A DNA stretch of 63,759 nucleotides, the filler included, from Octopus bimaculoides (Eukaryota), in assembly GCF_001194135.2 (NCBI RefSeq). It is 7 parts of 7 records of this genome, joined end to end, with 100 filler letters (N's around TTAATTAATTAA, not from the genome) between each part and the next. Parts side by side here need not be neighbours in the genome. Positions count along the whole stretch, not along the records: positions 1 to 15,572 come from NC_069002.1; 6 more parts are not named here. One strand, given 5' to 3'. Made by a program: the position numbers and the translations under genes. Shown here in pieces: positions 1 to 12,675 of the stretch (positions are counted from its first letter, which is position 1; each line of letters begins with the position of its first letter). The notes under the pieces are model-generated. The model made no database searches. It saw only the letters and a list, made by a program, of their open reading frames with translations, and had not been told where the DNA came from.

Positions 1-153
1 TATATATATATATATATATAGTGAGTATTTACCAAAAAGCAAAAGACGAAGACGGGTGTGTAAACAACAAACAACTGTATTAGTTTTACGCTCGTGATGA
101 ATGTATAGATGTACACTCGTTTAAAAGTATATACATATGTAAATATATGTACG

Positions 154-204
<51 letters not shown>

Positions 205-299
205 ACATACATACCTATATATATATTGTTTTTCATTTTCTCGACTGCACAGTATAGTATTGTCACTTGGGCATCGTCTGTGAGAAATTTGGAAATATA

Positions 300-568
300 T
301 ATAACCAGATCGATTCCGTCGGTCACCAGCAGTCACCCATGCATACCAGCCACTCCTCTCCACGCTACAAATGTAATCCAAGGGAAAGGCAAAGGCCGAT
401 TACAGCCAGGAACCAGTGACGTCGCAACTTATTTAGACAGCTAAGTGAACTGGAGCAACGTGAAATAAAGTGTTTTACTCTAGAACATAACACGCGGCCC
501 AGTCTAGGAATCGAACTCACAACCTCACAATCGTAAGCTCGACGCACTAACCACTGAGCCATGCGCTA
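300..568 (-). mobile_element. tRNA-derived SINE family C
   Basis: gcgcatggctcagtggttag...gagttcgattcc...aaaacact..atttcacgttgctccagt; related to 11167. Confidence 0.75.
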
Positions 569-1246
569 TCGCACACACATATAAGTGTGTGTGTATGCAT
601 AAGTAGGTATTTATCCGAAATTTATATATTTGGTAAAGCAAGGTGGGCGGAATTTTTAAAATAAATATTCGTTATTGAAGATGGAATGCAAAGAAGATGT
701 AGAACAACTGTTGAAGAATGAAGAGATAAGGAATATTAATAATGATTATAATATAACTTGGAAAGAAATATGAGAGGGAGATGGAAAGCGTTGAAAAAAA
801 AGGGTGGAAATGAAGAATAAAAAGGAAAAATCGAAGACGGAGACAAGAAGCTACAAATATGCGAGAAATGATTACCTAGAATCGTAATAACACAAATTTA
901 TAAATAAATATATTCAAAATATTTAAAATTTCGGAGAGAATAATAAATATCATGAATGTAACATTTCTCTAAAATCTGTTGAGATGAATCCCCATTTGTT
1001 GCAAGTACTGATGTTTTTGTCCAGTGGAGAGGTAATCAAAATTCTTTTTAAGTCAGCGAATGCGTGACCTCTTGCGATGCATACACTAGGTACTGTCTTT
1101 ATTTTACTTACAGCTGCTGTCATGAACTTTTGGCTTGATCGTCTTGCCTCCTATACTGGTATGAGCCTTAGTTAGATGGAACAGTAGCAGTAGTAATGGT
1201 GATCTCTATGATAGCTTATTTCATCTTGTTATTATTTTCTGTTCCT

Positions 1247-1695
1247 AAGGCAGCGAGCTAGCAGAATCGTTAACGCACCGGACTAAATGCTTAGCGTTAT
1301 ATTGTCTGCTGCAACGTAGTGAGTTCAAATTCTTCCGAGGTCGACTTTGCCTTTCATCATTTTGGGGTCGTTAAATTAAGTACCAGTGAAACAGTGGGAT
1401 CGATGTAATCGACTAGTCTCCTCCCCCGATTTTCAGGATGTTTACGTCTAGTAGAAAGGATTATTTTTTGCTTCTAAGGTGAGCTGACAGAATCGTTAGC
1501 GCACTGGAGAGGAAACGCTTAGCGGTCTCTCGCCTATCGCAAAGTTGTGAGTACAAATTCTGCCGTGGTCGACATTGCCTTTCATCATTTCGGCGTCGAT
1601 AAATTAAGTACCAGTAAAACACTGGGGTCGATGTAATCGATTATCCCCCCTCCCCCAAATTTCGGGCTTTGTGCCTCTTGTAGAATGAATTATTT
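1247..1695 (+). mobile_element. Two head-to-tail copies of tRNA-derived SINE family A
   Basis: Copies at about 1247-1465 and 1476-1695: gagct.gcagaatcgttagc (A box), gagttcaaattc (B box) and core ggtcgactttgcctttcatc...gataaattaagtaccagt...ctggggtcgat. The core resembles the Meta-domain of MetaSINEs (recalled, unverified). Confidence 0.85.
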
Positions 1696-3245
1696 TCTGC
1701 TTCCTTGTTTGACATATTGTCGATGTGGCTACTCCTATTATTGTTTCAGCTATTGTTGTTTTAGTTGTTGCCTTGTACGTTTCACTTTCGAATCTACTAC
1801 CCAATCACGTCTATTTTATTGCTCGTTGTCCTGCAAAGATGAAAATTTCGAATCTAGTTTGGAAATTTTATTTCGATTTGAAAACCTTATAAAATTTTCC
1901 ACGTTGGGTTAGTAAGAATATCGTCCGGATTCTTAACCCACCGTACGGCGTAGCAACTAAGTACAACAAAAAAATATTGCTGTTTTGAAAGGAAAACAAG
2001 AGAGAAAATAACAACGATTCTCAAACGCATTCTGTTACGTCAGCAGACAGTAACAACAACAATAACAACAGCAAGAACGAAGACGACAAGAAAGACAAGA
2101 ACCAAAATAATAATGGATAATGATATAATCACAGAAATCTAACGAATTTGAAAAGAGTGGATTAATTGATTCATTCAGCTGACTGGCACTTAATCGTATA
2201 AAATCCAGAAGCGTGAAATTCAGAGTCGACCTTGGCTGGATTTGAAATCAAAACATAAAAAGCAGGAACAAATCCCGAAGGCATTAGTGCGATGCTCTAA
2301 AAAAGAAAATTAAAAAACAGCTATGAATATACAAAAAAATATGTAAACAAATAATTAAAAGAATGAGAGAATAATGATGACAGTGAAATAAGAGAAGAAA
2401 AATTAAAAGGAAATATAGATGGAATTAGCAGTTGGAAGGAGAGGACAGATATAAACAAAGACAATTAATCAGAAACTACGAATAATGGATTCAGATATTC
2501 TGGAGAAAAATATTTAAAATCTCTAATCCATGATAATATTTCTATTCTGATCTATTTTGACTGCTTTTTTTACATTCAATACACTTACTGAATGTTGATG
2601 TTAAGAAGTATATTCTCGGCCGCGGACGACTATGGGCATTCAGTCGGTCTAACGAATGGATTTCTAGTTGTGAATTGTAAATGTAATAGTCTAGCAGTCT
2701 AGCTGAATGTTCCACACAAACGGGTTTCATCTACGTTACAAATTATTTTTTAAAACATTTTTGTATTTACATGTACTCTCCATAAATAATACTTTGAGAG
2801 AGGAGGGGAGACCGTTGCAGAGAGAGAGAGATAGGAAGAGACTGAAAGCGAGAGACGGAGAGAGTCAGAAAGAAAGAAACAATAAAGAGAAAGAAAAAAA
2901 TCATTTCCATTAAAAATTGGCATTTAACCGATCGTAAATAATGAAGGTAATGCTGGTCATGATGTTGCTTGTTGAAATCTTGAGGACGTAGCTCTCAATT
3001 ACCATTGGTTAAGTTGGTTTCATTCTTACCTGGCAGGTTAGGTTGATCTCGTTGCTACAGATGTCTGTGATGCAACCACTCGTTTATAAGTTAATTTTAA
3101 TCAACAACTGAATAGTTGTCATTGAGTGCAACGGAGAACTATCCATTTAGACATAGTAACTTAGTACAGTTCTATATTTAAGAGATGAGGAATTATTTAC
3201 ATTATTTACATTTGACGGATATTTCTCCTCATCTTGTTTGTTGTT

Positions 3246-3291
3246 AACACAACGTTTCGGCTGATATAACCTCCAGCCTTCATCAGGTGTC
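3246..3291 (-). ncRNA. Minimal type I hammerhead ribozyme motif in a Penelope-like repeat
   Basis: GACAC-CTGATGA-A-GGCTG(gaggttatat)CAGCC-GAAA-CG-TT-GTGTT: intact core, 5-bp stem II, stem I GACAC/GTGTT and palindromic AACGTT stem III, as in dimeric PLE hammerheads. Confidence 0.6.
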
Positions 3292-3544
3292 TTGGGGAAA
3301 TTTCGAACCTGGGTTTCTCATCCCTAAGATATTTTCGATGCTATTATCCACAGAAATCTGTAGCAACGAAATCAACATGACCAACATTACCTTCATTATT
3401 TTGCTATCAGTTAAATGCCAAATTTTAATGGAAATGATTTTTTTTTCTTTATCATTTCTTTCTCCCTGACTCTCTCTGTCTCTCTCTTTCAATCTCTTCC
3501 TATCACATAATGAACTGAATAATAATACTAATAATAATAAAATT

Positions 3545-3700
3545 GAAAAATACGTTAGGAATAAGAACCCAGGTTCTAAATATCCCTAAGACACCTGATG
3601 AAGGCTGGAGGATATATCAGCCTAAACCTTGTGTTAACAACAAACAAGATGAGGACAAATATCCGTCGAATGTAAATAATGTAAATAATGTATAGTACTT
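3545..3700 (+). mobile_element. Penelope-like terminal repeat with mutated hammerhead; inverted copy of 3195-3335
   Basis: acacCTGATGAaggctggaggatatatcagccTAAACcttgtgttaacaacaaacaagatgagg; GAAA is mutated to TAAA. Confidence 0.65.
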
Positions 3701-6529
3701 TGGGATTAAGAAATACTTGAATACTTGGACTTTTATATGAGTATTATTGCTGTCTATCGACTTGCCATTAAGGATTGAGTAGGCGTATACACAATGGTGA
3801 TCCAGACATGGCCACCACATTCTGCTTTTGATTAAATATAAAATATAAAGAGTGAAAACAGAATTTAGCAGTCAGCTGCTGGAAATTTCGGAATTTTGAG
3901 ACAATAAGGCCGTTGGTAATGCAGATCATCACCTGCTGGAGTGCGGTATAATTAGTGAGAAGCCAGCTGATAAGTCGATCTACCACAAAAAGTCAAGTAA
4001 ATCTCCGTGAAATTATTCTTTGCCGTCTTAAAAATTAAATGCGTTGACTAATACTATCGTCTATTCTTTGGGCCAAGAAAAATGCAGGACAGCCATTGTT
4101 GGAAAGCCTTTTTCCTATAATGTCCCCTTCTTCATGGAGGGAGCGTTAACATCACCACTCAAGAAATTTATGGCTAAATAAATAAATTAACAATGTTCTA
4201 ATTAACCTTTATGTTGTGTCGACGCCCCCAAGCGAAGAAGTAGGCTCGACCAAGACATATAAATAGAGGTAGTCCGACCGTGGTAGGAGTCGACTGACGG
4301 TGGTCTGACAGTTGAGTAGCTGTTGAGCAGAGATCATCCGAAGGTGGTAGACATTAGTAGCCTGAGACATAACACTTTAATAGAATAGTCATTCAGTGTC
4401 CAAACGGGAATTAATTCCGATTCCATGTTTGGGCTCGTGGCTACCAGATCAAAGCAACTGAGAAATGTTGGGTAGCAAACAGTGTTTGCCAGTGCGGTGT
4501 CATGTAAAATGGCTAAGTTAGAATATCTTTTTACCATTAATTATATATTACTTTAACCATTTATCCCATACACCTCAGTCGCATTAATTTTCTAATTTCT
4601 GGACACTAGGTGCCAATGTTAAATTCCTGATCACGATCTATTTGATACAGAATAGAATTCTATTTAAATTGGTTTAAAATATTATCTAATGTTATTAATG
4701 GAATAAAAGTTGCTTGGCAATTTAGTTGTAATGATATGAGATTAAATTTTATCTTTCCAATAAAATAAAATAAAATAAAGAAATTACCTCCATTTATTTT
4801 AATCGTTTCGTTGGAGGTTAATTAGAACATTATTAATTTAATTAATTCAAGTTTAAATTTTTCTAGCCAAAAACTTGTTCAGTTTTGAACAGACAATTCT
4901 TTCCTATTTGTTCTGTAGTTGAAATTTAACAATCCTTGCTTAGTTTAGTGAATTCAAACTAACTGTAACTCATTATTTTATTTCCAATTTACATAATGTA
5001 TATATTTTTTTAATTAAATATTTTTGTTTTGGTGTTTATATTTATTGTTGTTTCTTGAATTAATTTTCTTTTTGGTGAAGAATCTCCCATTAGACTAGAC
5101 AAATCAATCACTTTGCTAAGCGCAATAACTATTGGCTTTCTCTAATACAATAACACGTTAGTTGAAATAAAAGCGATAAAAACGAAATTTAGAATGAATT
5201 TTATCTCATGAGACTTACAAGGTCAAAACAACGGTTAGAATATAAAGTCTGTTTTGGGCAATTTGTATTGGAATCTTAAAAATTTAAATCTTTAGAAATT
5301 TATTGACTATTTTATGCAAGTATTTCGTTTTCGGTGTCCGTAGTGTTGTTTGTATTTTATTTATTTTAGATTCGGTTTTGGCTGTTGGTCAACCTTAGTT
5401 GTTATAGCTCCATTTCAACAAAAGTATTCGACAGATCTAATCAATCGATTTGAAATATTTATTTGGTGTATTTTAGTGTTGCTTGTATCATCTTTAGCGT
5501 AATGTGAAGCTTTTATTTTGCTTGTAAATTTTTTAGAATTTAGAACATAGAACATCATGTACCATTCATGCTAAAATTAGTACGAATTTGGGTTTTAAAA
5601 GATTGTAGTTAAAATCTGGAACCACAAAATGTTGCTGTTGTTAGGAATGGTAATAATAGCAGTTATCTAGATAGCTGATTTTGATGTTGTTGATGTTGTT
5701 GTTGAAGCTATTGCTATTTCTGTTCAACTCTTGTGCATCCCCGATACAAAGCACAATCAAAAGCATTCAATACATGACAATCCCATCATTACATATTCAG
5801 ACAATATATATATCTAGGAATGAAATATCCAATGAGTACTTCGTATTTTCAGGAGTTCCTGGAAGTAGTAACTGTAGTTAACCACAATTCAACAGAACAT
5901 GTAGAGGATCCTTTTGAAAAAAAAAAGAAAGTAAGAGAAAGGCTAAGAAGGCATATAATTATTGATTGGGTTATATGGTTCCCTGTTTAGTTGTTACCGT
6001 TGCTGCTGTTTCTATCTGATGGTCCTCTCTGATCGAGCAAACCTGTAATTAATATGGTCACCATCCTAAAATTTATGCCTTGATTGCCTGGATTAATGCA
6101 TTGCAATTGGGCATTTTATTTATTGATTTAATTTTCTGAATTCAGTTTGAATGTATTTTGTTATTGTTATGTCTCAACGCTACTGCTATCTAGCACCTTC
6201 GGATGATCTCTACTCAACCGTTACACAACTGCTTCTCGACTGCTACCCAACACCTACCACGGCAAGACTACCTCTATTTATATGTCTTGGAAGAACCTAC
6301 GTCTTCGCCTGGGGGCGTCGGCACAATTGTTATATCTTTATTTTGTTATTTCGGCTCTTGGTGTATGTTAAACTCACCCTTCATAAGTTGCCTTTCTTCC
6401 CATAATATTGTCCTCAATGACTAGAAACATTGTATCCTCCAAGTCGAAATGTTATTACTATTATTATATAGAGAGGGATAGAGAAAGAGAGAGAGAGAGA
6501 GAACTGCACAAGCTTACAAAGAAACGTTG

Positions 6530-6862
6530 GGGTACAAATATGCGAAACCCATCATAACAACACATTGTTACGAATACCCCAGAAACATGCATCACAGCCA
6601 TGTTTGCACGACACGGTGAGGTCATATCAAGATAAACAGCTCATGACCTTGCAAAAGAGATCCGGTTATAGTTTCCTTCAGATCGAGTATTTCATCTCAC
6701 TGAAAAGATCCCTATATAATGATTGTTTGACGATGATGAATGAAACACCCATGTGTCCAGTGGTGATTTATTAAAACCCAAAAGAATCCCTCTCAAATGA
6801 TGGATGTGATGCTCTCACTAATTTTCATACTCGCGATTCGAGATGCAAATATCGTCAGGCAC
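6530..6862 (-). mobile_element. Second copy of the R4/Dong-associated non-coding segment, abutting (TAT)n
   Basis: Shares ggggtacaaatat...gcatcaca...tcatatcaagat.aacagc.catgac...ccaaa.gaat.cctctcaa with 38990-39352; followed by (TAT)n at 6862-6915. Confidence 0.55.
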
Positions 6863-6914
<52 letters not shown>

Positions 6915-7392
6915 TTTATTATCCACTTCACCCATCTATCCCCAAAACTTCAGGCCTTCAGAAAGGATTATTATCATTCACAGTGGTATCCTCCTTCTCC
7001 TCCTCCTCATCCTCCTCCTCCTCCTCCTCCCCCTCCCCTCCTCCCCTCCAGTACATCATCTCTGCTGTGAGTGTTTTATTAAATCTATACTAACTGAATA
7101 TATCCGATTAATATATGTCAAATGTACCCATGATAAAATCTGTGTACAGTTGTTGTTTGATTAAATCTCCGTTGAAATGAAATAGCTCAGGGCTTGTTAC
7201 ATGTATCAAAATTAAAACTGTTACCAGGATAATATCTCTGCTGCAACTGTTGGATTTAATCTACATTTGCATATCAGGTCTAACTAAAATTATCTCAGGT
7301 TAGTCTATAGCAGGTTCTTCTAAAACTCGATTTTATGTGAGAAGTGAATAATTCAAAATTTGGTGCTTCTACCATTCAACTGTATGAAGAAC

Positions 7393-7565
<173 letters not shown>

Positions 7566-9247
7566 GCCTCAGCGAGTCTCGGATAAGGTGCAAGGACCCG
7601 AAATATTAGATCCGCTATCCTTCATGATAAGCAGACTCATCTAAAAATTCACGGACGTTTCTAAATTTTGACGATTTATTCTGATATGAAATTCCCGGGC
7701 GTCAGCATTATAAGCTTTTGTATTAAACTGACGGAGGAAAACCTAATTGTAATGTCTGTTATCTCAAATTGAATACAATACTATATTATATTTCATCAAC
7801 TCAACATCAACCTCATTTATCTAGGTGATTGTTGGTTTAGGCGTAATGGTCACTATTACCTGAGAAATAATTTGCTCTGTTTGAAGATGATGTCTGTTTG
7901 AATAAACACACTGAAATGTTAATTTTCTCTAGATATACTTCGACTAATCTACATTGTAATTATATATCATTAGGCAGATGACGGAATCAAAATTAAACTA
8001 ACGCAAGATATTATGAAATAGTTTATATGCTTGTATCTGGAGTTTCAAAGATCCTTAAGAACAGCTGTCTCGCGTATCTTGTTTCCACTCCGACCCTATT
8101 ACTTTTCATGCAAATGGAAATATCAACAAGAATACAACATGCATATAGTTATACAAATTCTTTTACATATATATCAGCACACAAATATTCACATACATGC
8201 ATACAATCATACGTAAAAACAAAATAAAAAATAAAGATTACTTTCGAAGGCTTATCGTGAAATTGCTTAACAAAGATTAGTTTTGAGCGAGTGAAGTCAG
8301 AGCAGAAACATAATTAACACCGTAAAATAATCAAAGACTAATGAGTATAGCAAAGAGCATAATTGTACTTGTGGACTAATGAGTACTTTATCTTCAATCT
8401 ATAATCCTTTCACTCTCATAAGCATGCTATGTATGCACGCATGTATGTATGAGTGTATGTATGTATATATGTAAAAATGTATGTATAAATATGCATATAT
8501 GTGAACACACACACTCGCATGTATATATGCATACATACATATATACATGTACGTTTATGAGTATACACAGTCATCCTTATATACGTATATACATATTTAT
8601 GTATTTGTCAATACAATTATATATTTATCTCTCTCTCTCTCTCTCTCCCTCCTCTTCGTCTCTCGCTTTCTCTTTCTATATATATATATATTTAACGTGC
8701 GTTTGTATACACATATCTATATATACTAACGTGCTTAAATACATATGTATATATATATATATATATATNNNNNNNNNNNNNNNNNNNNNNNNNNNNNNNN
8801 NNNNNNNNNNNNNNNNNNNNNNNNNNNNNNNNNNNNNNNNNNNNNNNNNNNNNNNNNNNNNNNNNNNNNNNNNNNNNNNNNNNNNNNNNNNNNNNNNNNN
8901 NNNNNNNNNNNNNNNNNNNNNNNNNNNNNNNNNNNNNNNNNNNNNNNNNNNNNNNNNNNNNNNNNNNNNNNNNNNNNNNNNNNNNNNNNNNNNNNNNNNN
9001 NNNNNNNNNNNNNNNNNNNNNNNNNNNNNNNNNNNNNNNNNNNNNNNNNNNNNNNNNNNNNNNNNNNNNNNNNNNNNNNNNNNNNNNNNNNNNNNNNNNN
9101 NNNNNNNNNNNNNNNNNNNNNNNNNNNNNNNNNNNNNNNNNNNNNNNNNNNNNNNNNNNNNNNNNNNNNNNNNNNNNNNNNNNNNNNNNNNNNNNNNNNN
9201 NNNNNNNNNNNNNNNNNNNNNNNNNNNNNNNNNNNNNNNNNNNNNNN

Positions 9248-9304
<57 letters not shown>

Positions 9305-10653
9305 CAGAATGTCCTTTTTTATTTTTTTTTTTAGTTTTTGCAGAGTTTCATTTACCTTCAACCAATCTCTAGTTATTACATAAATTTCAAAAATCATTAT
9401 ATTCTTTGCGCAATATTTTTCACCAAAAATTCAATGAAATATTAATTTACAGATAGCTTTTGAAGATTTCTTTACCAACTTTCTAACACACAAAAAATAA
9501 CAACTAAATAAAGACATATAAAAAAAAAATTCCTAACTCTATGCAAGCGAAATTTCTAGTTAATTCCATCTCACCTTCTTTCTTTCATACGTACTCAATT
9601 CTTGCTTGTACACTTGGTTCATCTTTTATTTTTCATTTTTCCCCATTATGTTATTTATTATTTTATTTTTCACCCATGAACATTTGCATCTATATATTTG
9701 TATAACTCTATGTGTTTTTTCCCCCCATTTTTTTCTTTGTATGTACGTGCCTTTATGCTTGTGTAGCTACATGCAAGTGTGTGTACACTTCTGCACTAGT
9801 CCTAGTGGGAGAACATACGTGTGTTTTTATATATTAATCTGCGTACGAAAGCGTAGTTACTAATTTCCTATAATATACACACTGTCTGTATAGAGATATT
9901 GCTAGGCAATCGGTTATAACCGTATCGTGGTGTGTGTATTTCTGTAGTTGCTTGTCGGTGTGTATGGCTGATCTGGAATGTACAGTTCCTTGCATATGTA
10001 TAAACAAATATATTTAGGTGTATGTATTCTGTTATTCTTTTTAACGTGTTTTAGTTACTGGACAAGGTCTTGCTATGACATCACCTGGAAGACTTTATAC
10101 GAGTAAATCGACTCCTTTTGAAACTTTCAGTGTGGCGTTTATTATATTGGTCTCTCTTTTATGAACCGTTAAGTGATCGTAATGAAATAGAACGATTTTT
10201 CTTTACTTCTTATTTAATAAGTGTTTGATAGAATTGAAGCCGCTCGCCAACAAGACGACAAGAGTATTTGAGTTAAGAGTTCTCAGTGTTTTCAAATATG
10301 TAGTGGAGTTGGAATGTTCTTTGAATTACCGATGTATACACTCAAGACTCTCAGGTGGAGAATTTTTGGAATGTTTTGCAAATCTTCACCGTGCCACTAA
10401 TAGATTGCTTTTGGAGAATCCGCGTCAGTTTCTTTTGATATTTCTCCATTAAAATTCGTTGGCAAGTAACTTAACGCACCTTTGATGACAGTTACAAAAG
10501 AGAATTCAAAGTCAGTGTACAAAAGTTGCAAATTCTGCTTTAATCTACCATCAACGTCATCTATTTCCTGTATTGTAGCATCTACATCCACATCTGCTGG
10601 GCAGCTGGCATCGACAAGTGTGTACGTATTATGTACGTATTTTTGCATGTATG

Positions 10654-10687
<34 letters not shown>

Positions 10688-11166
10688 CGTGTGTGTACAT
10701 ACATACTACGCGCGCGCACACACACGCACACGCATACACACACACAGATGTATACATATAATAACACAACGGGTTTTCTTCATCTTCGCTGTACTCAACA
10801 CTAAAATGAATCCGAGAAACAACGTAAACGAGATCCATAACAGTTTGAAAATTAAGAGTAGGACTGATATACGAGTATCCTGTTCCAGTCTATTACTACT
10901 AAAACTAATCGCTTCGGATTTTGACAGAAAAAAAAAATCAGCAATTCTGGGCGAGGGGTAAATGGGATGAAAGATAATGTTGATGGCGTTGAAATACGAA
11001 CTCAGAACATAAAAAGCGACAAGATATGCTACTAAGTGTTTCGTCCGTCGTCTTAACCTTTCTGCCACCTCAACACATACCAACTAGTTGATATAATGAA
11101 TTAAAAGTTTGGCAAAATGTGATTAATTAGCAAGGGAGTAAATTTAAGAAGAGTATATTTAAACCG

Positions 11167-11415
11167 TGGAGGCGTGTGGCTTAGTGGTTAGGGTGTCAGC
11201 ATCATGATCGTAAGATTGTGGTTTCGATTCCTGGACCGGGTGACGCGTTGTGTTCTTGAGCAAAACACTTCATTTCACGTTGCTCCAGTCCACTCAGCTG
11301 GCAAAAGTGAGTAACGCTGCGATGGACTGGCGTCTCGTCCAGCTGGGGAACACATACGCCATTGAAACCGAGAGACCGGGCCCATGAGCCTCGGTAGGCT
11401 TTAAAAGGGCGCATT
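11167..11415 (+). mobile_element. tRNA-derived SINE family C
   Basis: ggcgtgtggcttagtggttagg (A box), gtttcgattcc (B box), cacgttgctccagtccactcagctg core. Confidence 0.8.
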
Positions 11416-11434
11416 TATCTATTTTCATATTTAA

Positions 11435-11582
11435 ACCAATGTCTAACTGGTACCTGTCTTATTGACCCCGGGAGGTTGAAATGAAAAGTCCACGTCGGAT
11501 TTTGAATTCAGAATGCAAAGAACTGAACGAAATACGGTTAAGCATCATGCCCGATGTACCAACGATTCTGCCAGCTCTCCCC
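11435..11582 (-). mobile_element. SINE family A partial copy
   Basis: taactggtacc...ttgaattcagaa...ttaagcat...aacgattctgccagctc is the reverse complement of family A. Confidence 0.7.
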
Positions 11583-12437
11583 CTTCATCCTATCCTACGT
11601 AAAATAATGGGACGGTATGTCAGCGTGTGCGAGCACACATTTAGCGAACAGAAGAAAGAGTGAGAAATAGAGAGAGGAAAACAGAGAAAAATCGAGGCAA
11701 TGATGGATTGAAAGAGAAATACAAAGAGAACAAATAGAGAGCATATACTGCAGTCTATACAACGGAGATCTGCAACGATGCAATAATTGATTGCGTTCCA
11801 TGTAAATATATCTGGAAACGTTTGCAAACAGCAGTAGGATCTTGCTAATTTTGTGACAAATACGTGATGGGGTTTCGTCACGCCATTTCTGTTTTTAGTA
11901 TTTCCTAACTGATAATACCTAAGAGTAAATAACTGCAAATTGTAGACATCTTATACCTGAATTGTTCGATGAACGTTATAGTGTCATTCATTAAAACGAG
12001 TAACATTATCCGTAAATATCTAGGTACACTCACAAAATCTATTATTTTTACATGTCCTCACTCAAAAGCACGCCAGGCAAGAAAATAAAGAATCCGACCG
12101 CAATTTACTTAAATAGATAAAATCACAATTTTGCTACCTCCAAACACAAAGTAAGATAATATACGCTTCACTTTTCGAAAAACTGGATAAATATCTGTAA
12201 AGGAATATGTAAAGATTTTAACCAGAGGTAATTTCCTTACATGGTCAGCAAAGCCTTATCTATGTTACAAGTATTTATTTTGATCGAAATTGAGAGAAAA
12301 TAATTCATTTTGAGCAGATCTTTCATATGTATTGGCATAAATGCATACATACATGCATGCATGCATACTGACAAACATGCACGCATACATGGACGCATGC
12401 ATAGATACACACGTACATAAATACTTACATACGCATT

Positions 12438-12510
<73 letters not shown>

Positions 12511-12638
12511 AATAGATAGACTGATAGATATAGTCATACAGACACACACACACGCACACACAGACGCATACGCACTCACAGACACACACACATATATACA
12601 TACACCCACAACACGCATATNNNNNNNNNNNNNNNNNN

Positions 12639-12675
<37 letters not shown>

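Noticed and set aside
1247-1695. Repeated ~200-bp units as a CRISPR-like array
   Set aside because: Eukaryotic SINE tandem; no repeat-spacer architecture or cas genes.
8449-9397. Long ORFs containing X runs (here and at all gaps)
   Set aside because: Artefacts of translating Ns and microsatellites.
10397-10648. Minus-strand 83-aa ORF (DASCPADVDVDATIQEID...) and 125-aa ORF at 22834-23211
   Set aside because: No recognisable domain or good minus-strand splice sites; plus-strand splice signals are stronger. They remain the alternative reading.
11167-11260. tRNA-like A/B boxes as tRNA genes
   Set aside because: No complete cloverleaf; they continue into SINE bodies with multiple diverged copies.
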